From positions 73,433 through 105,432 of the forward strand of contig JBBIMW010000002.1 of the NCBI GenBank assembly GCA_037444185.1: 32,000 bases of DNA, in the 5' to 3' direction. The notes beneath the pieces are model-generated. The model did not search any database. It worked only from the letters and a program-made list of their open reading frames with translations, and had not been told where the DNA came from. Shown one piece after another: positions 9,330 through 17,403 of this stretch (positions are counted from its first letter, which is position 1; every line of letters begins with the position of its first letter). The DNA comes from Peptococcaceae bacterium (GTDB lineage Bacteria; Bacillota; Desulfotomaculia; Desulfotomaculales; Desulfocucumaceae). A program made the translations under genes and the position numbers.

Positions 9330-9763
9330 TGGCAAGCACACCCCGATTCTTTACTGGCAGTCAGCCCTTTGTTGGGGCCCAGTTTTTTTACCCTGTCTGT
9401 CACTTCCCTGACCAGCTCGGCGAACCGTCCACCCTCGGCGGCGGATACCCAGGAAAAATTGATCCTGTCCCCGTCCACGCCGATGTACTCCATCAAGCTC
9501 TTCAGCAGGGCGAATTTCCTTCTGGCCACCAGGTTGCCACTAACATAGTGGCAGTCGCCCGGGTGTCACCCGGAGGTAAGCACGCCGTCCGCCCCGTTCT
9601 TAATGGCGGACATTATAAAAAGAGGGTTTATCCGGCCCGAGCAGGGTATGCGTATGACGCGTATGTTCGGGGGGTACTGGATGCGGCTCACGCCGGCCAG
9701 ATCCGCCCCCGCGTAACTGCACCAGTTGCATAGAAACGCCACTATTTTCGGTTCCCATTCCAT
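9317..9763 (-). CDS. mvhD: MvhD-family iron-sulfur subunit, candidate selenoprotein (in-frame TGA at 9566-9568)
   Basis: ORFs 9566..9763 and 9317..9529 are one reading frame: [65 protein letters not shown][U][18 protein letters not shown]...; 148 aa with the TGA at the conserved G-C-HPGDCHY cysteine. Confidence 0.93.
9527..9568 (-). promoter_or_regulatory. Candidate bacterial SECIS element of the second mvhD
   Basis: RNA UGA-CACCCGGGCGACU-GCCACU-AUGUU-AGUGGC-AACCUGGUG: perfect 6-bp apical stem with G-containing loop about 20 nt after UGA, and basal CACC/GGUG plus GG/CC pairing. Confidence 0.7.
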
Positions 9764-9785
9764 AATCTGTCCCTCCCCCTGTCCT

Positions 9786-12700
9786 TTATATGGCGCAGAT
9801 CATGGCCATGATCTGCTCGTCGGTGCATCCCTTTACGTTCAGTGCCCCGCAGCGGCAGGATGATGAGCAGGCCCCGCAGCCCTTGCAGAGGGCCTCGTTG
9901 ACCAGAGCCACTTTCTCGGTCGGGTCCACCGTCACCGCCCTGGCCGGGCACACCGACTCGCAAACACCGCAGCCGGCGCACCTTTTCTTGTTGACCACGG
10001 CGCACTTGCCCTCCACATTGATGGACTCCTTGGCCAGCACTGTGCAGGCCCTGGCCACGGCAGCCTTGGCCTGGGAGATGTTTTCCTCCATGTTTTTAGG
10101 TCCGTGGGCCAGACCGCACATGAAAACGCCGTCGGTGCCGAAGTCTACCGGCCGGAGCTTTAAGTGGGCCTCCAGGAAGAACCCTTCCTGGTTCAGCGGC
10201 ACTTTGAAGAACTGCGAGAGCCGGCTGTTTTCGGACGGCACTATGGCGGCCGCCAGCCCGACAACGTCGGCGTCGATGAGCACCGGCACCCCCAGCACGT
10301 GGTCGGTCACCGTCACCTTAACCTTATCCCCGTCCGCCTCCACCACGGGCTTGTCGTCCAAAGAATAGCGTATGAAGATGACCCCCCGGCGCCGGGCCTC
10401 GGTGTACAGATCCTCGTAAAATCCGTAGGACCGGATGTCCCTGTAGAGTATGAACACATTGGCGTCCGGGTTTGTCTCCTTGACTTTCAGCGCCTGTTTG
10501 ATGGACTTGGTGCAGCAAATGCGGCTGCAGTACGGGCGTTCCGGCTCCCGGGAGCCCACGCACTGAATGAACACCACATTGTTCAATCCGGCCAGTCCGC
10601 CTTCGGCCAGGTCGGACTCCAGTTCCAGCAGTGTCTTGATCCTGTTGTTCCGGCCGTACAGATATTCCGTCGGCGTGTATTCCTGTCCGCCGGTGGCGAT
10701 GATGGTTACTCCGTGCTGCAACTCCTCACCGCTGGACAGTTTGGTCACGAAATTGCCTACGAATCCGTGCACCTCGGCAATTTCAGCCTCTGTATACACT
10801 TTAATCAGTTCGTTGGATTTTACCTTTTCAACAAGGTCGCTCAGATACGACTGGATGTCTTCCCCTTTCATTCCGTAACGGATGCGGCTGGCAATGCCTC
10901 CCAGCCGGTCGGACTTCTCCACCAGGCTCACTTTATATCCCTGGGCGGCCATATTCAGGGCCGCATTCATTCCCGATACCCCGCCGCCGATGATCAGGGC
11001 GTCATGGTTCATGCCCAGGCTGATTCCCTTGATGGGCTCTTGCAGGGCTGCTTTGCAAACGGCCATTTTGACCAGGTCCTTGGCCTTTTCTGTGGCTTTT
11101 TCGGGATCGGCCTGGTGCACCCAGGAACATTGATCCCTTATATTGGCCATTTCGTAGAGGTTGGGGTTCAGCCCCGCCTCTTTCAGTGTTTCCTGGAACA
11201 TGGACTCATGGGTTCTGGGGCTGCACGACGCCACCACAATGCGGTTGAGGTTGTACTTTACAATTGCTTCTCTGATTTGTCCCGATGTGTCCTGGGAGCA
11301 GGCATACAGCTTCTCATCGGCGAAAACAACTCCGGCCAGGGTCTTGGAGTATTCCACCACCTCCGGCACCCTCACCACGCTGCCGATGTTGATTCCGCAA
11401 TGGCACACAAATACACCGGTGCGCACTATCTCACCGGTAACGTCACGCTCCGGAGGATACTCCTTTTTTCTGACCAGGGTGCCCCTGACGCCGGAGAGTA
11501 TCACCGAAGAGTCAGCCGCCGCGGCGCTGGCCTGCATGACGGTCTCCGGAATGTCCCTGGGGCCGCTGAAGGCGCCGGCCACATATATTCCCGGCTTGTT
11601 GGTGCCTACTCCGGTAAAGCTGGGGGGCTCGGCGAAATTAAATTTGTTCAGATCCACACCCAGTTTTCCGGCCAGTTCCGCCACTTCCCCGGAGGGCTCC
11701 AGCCCTATGGAAAGAACCACCAAATCGAACTCCTCTTCTGAAATGGACCCATCCTCGTTGGAGTAACGTATCCTTAGATTTCCGCTGCCGTCGGCGGCCT
11801 CGGCAACCTCGTACACCCTGGACCGGATGAATCGCACACCATGCTCTTCCCTAGCCCGGTCATAGTATTTTTCAAACTCTTTGCCGTATGTTCTCATGTC
11901 CATGAAAAATATGGCGGTATCCAGTCCGTAAGGAGAGTGTTCCTTGGCGATGACCGCTTCCTTGATGGCGTACATACAGCACACCGATGAGCAAAAGCCG
12001 TGGTCAATCCTGCAATTTCTGGACCCAACGCACTGAATCCAGGCGATTTTCCCCGGCTCCTTGTGGTCCGACGGACGAACCAGATGGCCCCCAAAAGGGC
12101 CCGATGCGCTTAATATGCGCTCGAACTCAAGGCTGGTCAGTACATTGGAAAACTTGCCGTATCCGTAGTAGAACAGCTGCTTTGGCCGGAATGCGTCAAA
12201 ACCTGGGGCCATAATGACCGATCCCACTTTTACCTCGATGGTCTGATCCTCCATAGAATGGTCTATGGCGTTGGCCTGACAGGTCTCAAGACATTTTCCG
12301 CAGGCTTTGGGTTTCTTGATTTTAAGGCAGTTGTCCCTGTCAATGGCGTAGGCGTTGGGATACGCCTGGGCGTAAAGTTTATAGATGGCTTTACGTTTGC
12401 CCAGGCCCTGGTTGAATTCGTCGCCGACTTTTTTCGGGCACTCTTCGGTACAGCTGCCGCAGCCGGTGCATTTGTCCGGGTCCACCAGCCGGGCTTTTTT
12501 AAGTATGGTGGCGGTGAAATTGCCGGGCTCACCCTTGATATCAACAAGTTCTGCCCCGGTTAAGGTTTCGATGTTCAAATGGCGGCCGCACTCCACCAGC
12601 TTGGGCGACAGTATGCACATGGAGCAGTCGTTGGTGGGAAAGGTCTTGTCCAGCATCGGCATTGTGCCGCCGATGGCCGGTTTCTTTTCCACCAGGTAGA

Positions 12701-12800
12701 CGTAGTAGCCTGACTCGGCCAGATCCAGGGATGCCTGTATGCCGGCTATTCCGGCGCCCAAAATCAGCACGGCCCCGACCTTTTCGGGTGTGTTGGTCAT
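9786..12800 (-). CDS. hdrA: HdrA-like FAD/4Fe-4S protein, double-length form (1004 aa), paralog of 2107..5145
   Basis: Same two-domain organisation; '[35 protein letters not shown]', '[19 protein letters not shown]', C-terminal '[12 protein letters not shown]' and '[13 protein letters not shown]'. Confidence 0.93.
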   Translation of the reverse strand: MTNTPEKVGAVLILGAGIAGIQASLDLAESGYYVYLVEKKPAIGGTMPMLDKTFPTNDCSMCILSPKLVECGRHLNIETLTGAELVDIKGEPGNFTATILKKARLVDPDKCTGCGSCTEECPKKVGDEFNQGLGKRKAIYKLYAQAYPNAYAIDRDNCLKIKKPKACGKCLETCQANAIDHSMEDQTIEVKVGSVIMAPGFDAFRPKQLFYYGYGKFSNVLTSLEFERILSASGPFGGHLVRPSDHKEPGKIAWIQCVGSRNCRIDHGFCSSVCCMYAIKEAVIAKEHSPYGLDTAIFFMDMRTYGKEFEKYYDRAREEHGVRFIRSRVYEVAEAADGSGNLRIRYSNEDGSISEEEFDLVVLSIGLEPSGEVAELAGKLGVDLNKFNFAEPPSFTGVGTNKPGIYVAGAFSGPRDIPETVMQASAAAADSSVILSGVRGTLVRKKEYPPERDVTGEIVRTGVFVCHCGINIGSVVRVPEVVEYSKTLAGVVFADEKLYACSQDTSGQIREAIVKYNLNRIVVASCSPRTHESMFQETLKEAGLNPNLYEMANIRDQCSWVHQADPEKATEKAKDLVKMAVCKAALQEPIKGISLGMNHDALIIGGGVSGMNAALNMAAQGYKVSLVEKSDRLGGIASRIRYGMKGEDIQSYLSDLVEKVKSNELIKVYTEAEIAEVHGFVGNFVTKLSSGEELQHGVTIIATGGQEYTPTEYLYGRNNRIKTLLELESDLAEGGLAGLNNVVFIQCVGSREPERPYCSRICCTKSIKQALKVKETNPDANVFILYRDIRSYGFYEDLYTEARRRGVIFIRYSLDDKPVVEADGDKVKVTVTDHVLGVPVLIDADVVGLAAAIVPSENSRLSQFFKVPLNQEGFFLEAHLKLRPVDFGTDGVFMCGLAHGPKNMEENISQAKAAVARACTVLAKESINVEGKCAVVNKKRCAGCGVCESVCPARAVTVDPTEKVALVNEALCKGCGACSSSCRCGALNVKGCTDEQIMAMICAI

Positions 12801-13025
12801 ATTTTAATCACATCCGTCCTCGAAAAAAAATTATTAACCTATACTCCCCTTCCGACATTGACCATACATCGATGTGCAATCATACATAAGCTTCAGGCGG
12901 CATTGCGGGAATGCACTGGAATACACCCCACCTCCGTTCCAATCCCTTGAAAAATAATACTTGTTTTTAACCTGCATAAAACCCGCGCCCGGCCTTGTCC
13001 GCATTCATGCTAAATATACCAGTAC

Positions 13026-13080
13026 AAAAAAACGGCACCGTAGCCCGGATTCATCAACTGATCCGGGGCGGCACTGGTGC
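13026..13080 (-). terminator. Intrinsic terminator-like hairpin after acsE, possibly bidirectional
   Basis: Arms gcacc(13035-13039)/ggtgc(13076-13080) and cccggat(13044-13050)/atccggg(13061-13067); T-run on minus strand (A7 at 13026-13032) and T6 on plus strand at 13085-13090. Confidence 0.7.
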
Positions 13081-13245
13081 ATGCTTTTTTAGAAAGCTGG
13101 TTCAAAAAGCTTCCGGCTGTTGGACACTCTGCACCTAGTATAATATTTCTGAACTATTACTGTCAATTCCTTTAGAAATACGGCCCCTTTGTACACAATC
13201 CGAATTTTTTCAACATTTTTATTGTCAACGGTAAATTATTAATCC

Positions 13246-14040
13246 TTATCCCCGCCTGAAGGTCTTCAGGAAGGAATCGCAGTATATGTTTTTGTTCAAA
13301 AAAATATTGCCCGCCGCCACAGCGTCCAGCAGCAGCGGGTCGTCCACCTCCGCAATTACGGAATCCAGCCCCGCCGCCATGCACATGACCAGAAAGGTCC
13401 GGTTCAGCAGGCGCCGGTCACTGCAGCGCTGGGAGGCGTTGGAAAGCCCCAGGGTGGTCCGCACACCGGGCGCCAGTGTTTTGATTTGCCGGATGGCCCC
13501 CAGCACTTCCACCCCGTGTTCCTGGGCTACATTGGCGGGCAGCATCAGCGGGTCGATGAAAAGATCTTCCATGGCGATACCGCGCATGTCGGCGTTGACC
13601 ACTATTTCCATGGCCAGGGCGACCCGGTCGGCGGCGCTTTTGGGCACACCGCCCTCGTTCATGGTCAGTCCGATGATGGCTGCGCTGTATTTGGCCGCCA
13701 TGGGCAGGTAAAGGTCCAGCTTCCACTGGTCGGCCTGGGTGGAGTTAATCATCACCTTGCCGTGCCTGTTGGCTGCGCATCCCGCCTCGATGGCCCCGGG
13801 GTTGGCGGAGTCGATGCAGCAGGGCAGGGGAACGGTGTCGTTGCATATATTGACCAGCCACTCCATTACTGCGGGCTGTTCCTTCGATTCCACAGAAGGG
13901 CCGGTGTTTACGTCAAGGTAGTGCGCCCCCGCTTCATACTGGCGCCTTGCCCAGTGCCTGACGGGACCCGGGTCCCGGTTTATTATTGCCGTCCTTATAT
14001 CCGTAAACATGCCGTTTATCCGTTCACCAATGAGGATCAT
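13246..14040 (-). CDS. acsE: 5-methyltetrahydrofolate:corrinoid/iron-sulfur protein methyltransferase AcsE
   Basis: 264 aa; 'MILIGERINGMFTDI', 'ARRQYEAGAHYLDVNTGP', 'IDPLMLPANVAQEHG', 'TTLGLSNASQ', 'LNKNIYCDSFLKTF'. Confidence 0.93.
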   Translation of the reverse strand: MILIGERINGMFTDIRTAIINRDPGPVRHWARRQYEAGAHYLDVNTGPSVESKEQPAVMEWLVNICNDTVPLPCCIDSANPGAIEAGCAANRHGKVMINSTQADQWKLDLYLPMAAKYSAAIIGLTMNEGGVPKSAADRVALAMEIVVNADMRGIAMEDLFIDPLMLPANVAQEHGVEVLGAIRQIKTLAPGVRTTLGLSNASQRCSDRRLLNRTFLVMCMAAGLDSVIAEVDDPLLLDAVAAGNIFLNKNIYCDSFLKTFRRG

Positions 14041-14081
14041 GCGCCGGCCCTCCTTAATTCCCTGCTGTGTGCCTTATTCTA

Positions 14082-15032
14082 TCAGGAACGCAGCATTTTG
14101 TCGATGTGCGCCCGGAGGTGCTTCAACGACTCCGGATGCCGCAGTACAAGCAGTGATCCTCCGGCCTGCGCCAGGGCGGTGGCTGTAAGTGTTTCCCAAA
14201 GTATGGCCCGGCGCTCCCGGTCGCCCCACTCTGGGATTTCACCGGTGGCGCTCCTGGCTTCCCTAGACTTCCATGCCTCCTGTCCCACAAAGCAGACCAT
14301 CGGCATGGCCAGCATCCTGTCACCGGTAAGGGCGCTGATCCGGGTCCGTTCCATAATGGAATACGCGTATTCAATACCATAGCCCAGGGCCCCCACCGAG
14401 GGGTCGATGATGATCCGGTTGGGCGGCATATTCATTTCCGTAATCAGAATGTTTAATTGTTTTTCCAGACTGATATCCAAGGGGGTGGAGGGAATTATGC
14501 TATGCCCGTACACCATGCAGGCGGCGGTTACGGCCTTGTAGTTCCCGGGAGTGGCGCAGCCGAGGGCGATGTTTCTGCCGGCCAGGAACTCGGCAACTTT
14601 TTCTATTATCCGGGCATCTTTTTCTTCCTCGCCGCATCCAAGAATGACAAGGGGTGCGCTCACCCCGTCGGCAACATTCCTGGCCACCCGGGCGCATTCT
14701 TCGGGGCTGGTGTTCCGGTTGTCCGGATGGGCACTGATCAGTGTCAGGCAGACCACATCGGCGCCGTAATCCACGCATTTTTTTGCCCAGGCCGCCGGGT
14801 CCCCCAGTACTCCGGCATAGGGGCCGGTAAGAATGTCCGGCCAGTCGGAGGGCACCATGTCCCACACTTCCAGGGCCACCGCCGGGCGGTTGGGAATTTC
14901 TCCCTCGAAATGGAGGAAGGGCAGGGTGGCCTCACCTCCTATTTTAACCGCGCCGGAACCTGTTCCCAGCACCACTTCCGCAACCTTGCCGGTCCATCTT
15001 TCTCTGGCTATGGTAACGGCCATGATTGACAT
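14082..15032 (-). CDS. acsD: Corrinoid/iron-sulfur protein small (delta) subunit, bacterial type
   Basis: 316 aa; 'VKIGGEATLPFLHFEGEIPNRPAVALEVWD', 'IIIDPSVGALGYGIEYAYSIMERTR'. Confidence 0.93.
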   Translation of the reverse strand: MSIMAVTIARERWTGKVAEVVLGTGSGAVKIGGEATLPFLHFEGEIPNRPAVALEVWDMVPSDWPDILTGPYAGVLGDPAAWAKKCVDYGADVVCLTLISAHPDNRNTSPEECARVARNVADGVSAPLVILGCGEEEKDARIIEKVAEFLAGRNIALGCATPGNYKAVTAACMVYGHSIIPSTPLDISLEKQLNILITEMNMPPNRIIIDPSVGALGYGIEYAYSIMERTRISALTGDRMLAMPMVCFVGQEAWKSREARSATGEIPEWGDRERRAILWETLTATALAQAGGSLLVLRHPESLKHLRAHIDKMLRS

Positions 15033-15123
15033 CCTTTCCTGTAATATATAACTTGAAAATGGCTCATTCCGCGCTCCTCACCCCGTCATTCTCACGGGCT
15101 GCGGGCAGCCGGCCCCCGGACAG

Positions 15124-15882
15124 TTAAAGCACGGATGTTTTATGCAGAATTTCTTTGACGGCGGTCACCACCGGGTTGTCTTCGGGCAATTCCACCAGCG
15201 GTTTGCCCTGCAGATCATAGGTGAAAACTTGATGGTCCCTGGGGATGGCGCCTATGAAATCCAGCCCGGTCCGCCGTATTTCTTCCTGCAGGGACTCTAT
15301 GGAACCATCGTCCACCCTGGAAACCACCAGATACATTTTCTTCACATCCAGGGCCAGGGAATTCACCAGTTTTTTAATCCTTCCGGCGGACCGGACGCCC
15401 CGGACGCTGGCGTCGCTGGTGACGAAGAGAATATCCACATTCTGGGTGGTGCGCCTGCTCAGGTGCTCCAGGCCCGCCTCGTTGTCCATAACTACATAGG
15501 GGTAATTATTGCTCAATTTATACACAAAATTCCGCACCAGATTGTTCACAAAGCAGTAGCAGCCGGATCCTTCCGGGCCGCCCATGACCATCAAGTCCAC
15601 GTTATCGCTTTCCGCCAGGGACTGATGGACTTTGTAGGCCACGTACTGATCCTTGGTCATGCCCGCCGGTAAGGGCTCCAGGTTGTTGTTCACCCGGGCT
15701 ATGAGTTCGGCTATCGTATCGTTAACTTCAATTCCCAGGGCCTCGTTCAGGTTCGCATTGGCGTCGGCATCCACGGCCAGCACCGGCCCCTTCCCGTTTT
15801 TGACCAGTTGCCCTATAATCAGTGCTGCCAGAGTGGTCTTGCCCGTTCCGCCCTTGCCGGCGAGGGCAATGGTAAATGCCAT
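15124..15882 (-). CDS. cooC: CooC/AcsF-like nickel-insertion ATPase
   Basis: P-loop 'LAGKGGTGKTTLAALI', 'VMDNEAGLEHLSRRTTQNVD'; ATG at 15882 preceded by AAAGGAAGG fits better than the track start at 15903. Confidence 0.88.
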   Translation of the reverse strand: MAFTIALAGKGGTGKTTLAALIIGQLVKNGKGPVLAVDADANANLNEALGIEVNDTIAELIARVNNNLEPLPAGMTKDQYVAYKVHQSLAESDNVDLMVMGGPEGSGCYCFVNNLVRNFVYKLSNNYPYVVMDNEAGLEHLSRRTTQNVDILFVTSDASVRGVRSAGRIKKLVNSLALDVKKMYLVVSRVDDGSIESLQEEIRRTGLDFIGAIPRDHQVFTYDLQGKPLVELPEDNPVVTAVKEILHKTSVL

Positions 15883-15959
15883 ATCAGCACCTTCCTTTCT
15901 CAAAAAAATGGTTTTTCACCCGGAAAACAGCGAAATATAAAGCATGTGCCGCAATGCCC

Positions 15960-17303
15960 TCAGGCCCTCCAGAGCTGTTTTATGAAGGAAGGTATGCCGG
16001 AAGATTCCTGCGGCCCCACCAGTACTTCCCAGCCGGAAAGCTCCCGGATCTTGCCGCTTAAAACAGCCACGCCGCCGGGGATGATAACCCTGCGGTGGTT
16101 CACCCGTTCGGCAATGCCGGAATTGGTCAGCATTTCCGCGACTTTTTCTGGCGTGAACCTGCCGGCGGCCCAGCCGGTCAGCACCGAAGTGCCGTCGGTG
16201 TCCACCGGCAGGATATATCCCGGCACCCGGCTGGCCTCCACATCACCCGCCATACAGAAGTAGGTGAGGGAAAAATTGGTGGTGATGTATACCGGCGCGT
16301 CCGGCCCCGGCTGGCCGATCTCATAAATCCTGGACTCTATGGCAATAGGTTTTTGCGGGTCTGTATAGATATTCAGCCGCAGGGTAATCAGTGACAAAAC
16401 ATCCGCCGGGTCCACCGATTCTATAACTACAATGCCCGCATATTTGGCGATGTAGACACCGGCTTCCACAACGGACTGAAGGGGATCTTCAGCGCTGGCG
16501 AAGGTTATGGTGGGGTATCCGAAGGGTTTGAAGCGTTTTAGGGCCAGCCGGCGGATCTGGGTCTGATCCGCCAGAACAAGGTGCGCATCCCTGGCGCCGG
16601 AATCCAGGAACAATTGCTTGTGTCCCAGGGCCGCCACTTTTTCCACCAGCCCGGCCAGGCTGTCCAGGCTGGTTCCCTTTACCGCCAGAGGCGCTTCGTA
16701 CCTCCTGGCCAGGGCGGTCATGGCATTATAATTGGTTTCATCGGCGCCGCAAAGCAGGGGCTTTCCCGGTCCGGCGATTTCCAGCGCTTTTTCCATGGAT
16801 CCGGGGTCGGCGGTGATCAGTATCAGCGGGTATCCGGTGTTTTCGGCCACCATTTTCACCGTTGCGGCAAATCTGTCCCGATCGTTGGAACAATTGCAGA
16901 CAGCCACCAGGTCTATTCGATATTCCCGGCCCACACGGTCGAAAACCAGCCCATTGATTTTTTCCACCCTGGCGGCCACTTCCTCCATATCCAGGGTGTC
17001 ACAAACGCTGACGGCTATGCCCGTGGGGTTTTCAAAGCGCTTGTCATGGCGGAAGAGAACAGTCTCATTGCCCAAGGCCAGTTGTTTCTCTCCGGCGCCT
17101 ATTTTCACCAGGGCCACCGGCGGGGCGGAAGCGGCGCCCAGGATTTCCCTGGCTTCATCGCCGACATGGGGACACTGATCCAGCCCGGCTTTTCCGGAAA
17201 CCATGGCCATGGCAAATGCCAGACAAGTTGCTTGACCACATTCTTTACAATTGGTTTTCGGCAGCAGCTTAAAAATTTCCAGGCCCGTCAAACCCATTGC
17301 CAT
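15960..17303 (-). CDS. acsC: Corrinoid/iron-sulfur protein large (gamma) subunit, bacterial type
   Basis: 'MAMGLTGLEIFKLLPKTNCKECGQATCLAFAMAM'; start at 17303 preceded by AAAGGAG (the track extends to 17369); C-terminal corrinoid-binding-like region. Confidence 0.92.
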   Translation of the reverse strand: MAMGLTGLEIFKLLPKTNCKECGQATCLAFAMAMVSGKAGLDQCPHVGDEAREILGAASAPPVALVKIGAGEKQLALGNETVLFRHDKRFENPTGIAVSVCDTLDMEEVAARVEKINGLVFDRVGREYRIDLVAVCNCSNDRDRFAATVKMVAENTGYPLILITADPGSMEKALEIAGPGKPLLCGADETNYNAMTALARRYEAPLAVKGTSLDSLAGLVEKVAALGHKQLFLDSGARDAHLVLADQTQIRRLALKRFKPFGYPTITFASAEDPLQSVVEAGVYIAKYAGIVVIESVDPADVLSLITLRLNIYTDPQKPIAIESRIYEIGQPGPDAPVYITTNFSLTYFCMAGDVEASRVPGYILPVDTDGTSVLTGWAAGRFTPEKVAEMLTNSGIAERVNHRRVIIPGGVAVLSGKIRELSGWEVLVGPQESSGIPSFIKQLWRA

Positions 17304-17403
17304 TGTTCTCCTTTCCTGAAGTCTTCCTGGGGAGTGTTGCGAAACCTGTCCCGGGGACGCCGGGTGCATAGCCTTCCGGCCGAAGCCCGGACAAAGGTCC
17401 CGG

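Noticed and set aside
9317-9763. mvhD paralog 2 as a pseudogene broken by a nonsense mutation
   Set aside because: The stop is TGA exactly at a conserved Cys, both flanks stay in frame with full conservation, and a SECIS-like hairpin follows; paralog 1 shows the same logic at another Cys
10164-11741. Long plus-strand ORF of 525 aa, and similar plus-strand ORFs such as 3379..4431 and 13486..14382
   Set aside because: They lie antisense to well-conserved minus-strand genes, show no recognisable motifs, and are expected from GC-rich codon bias
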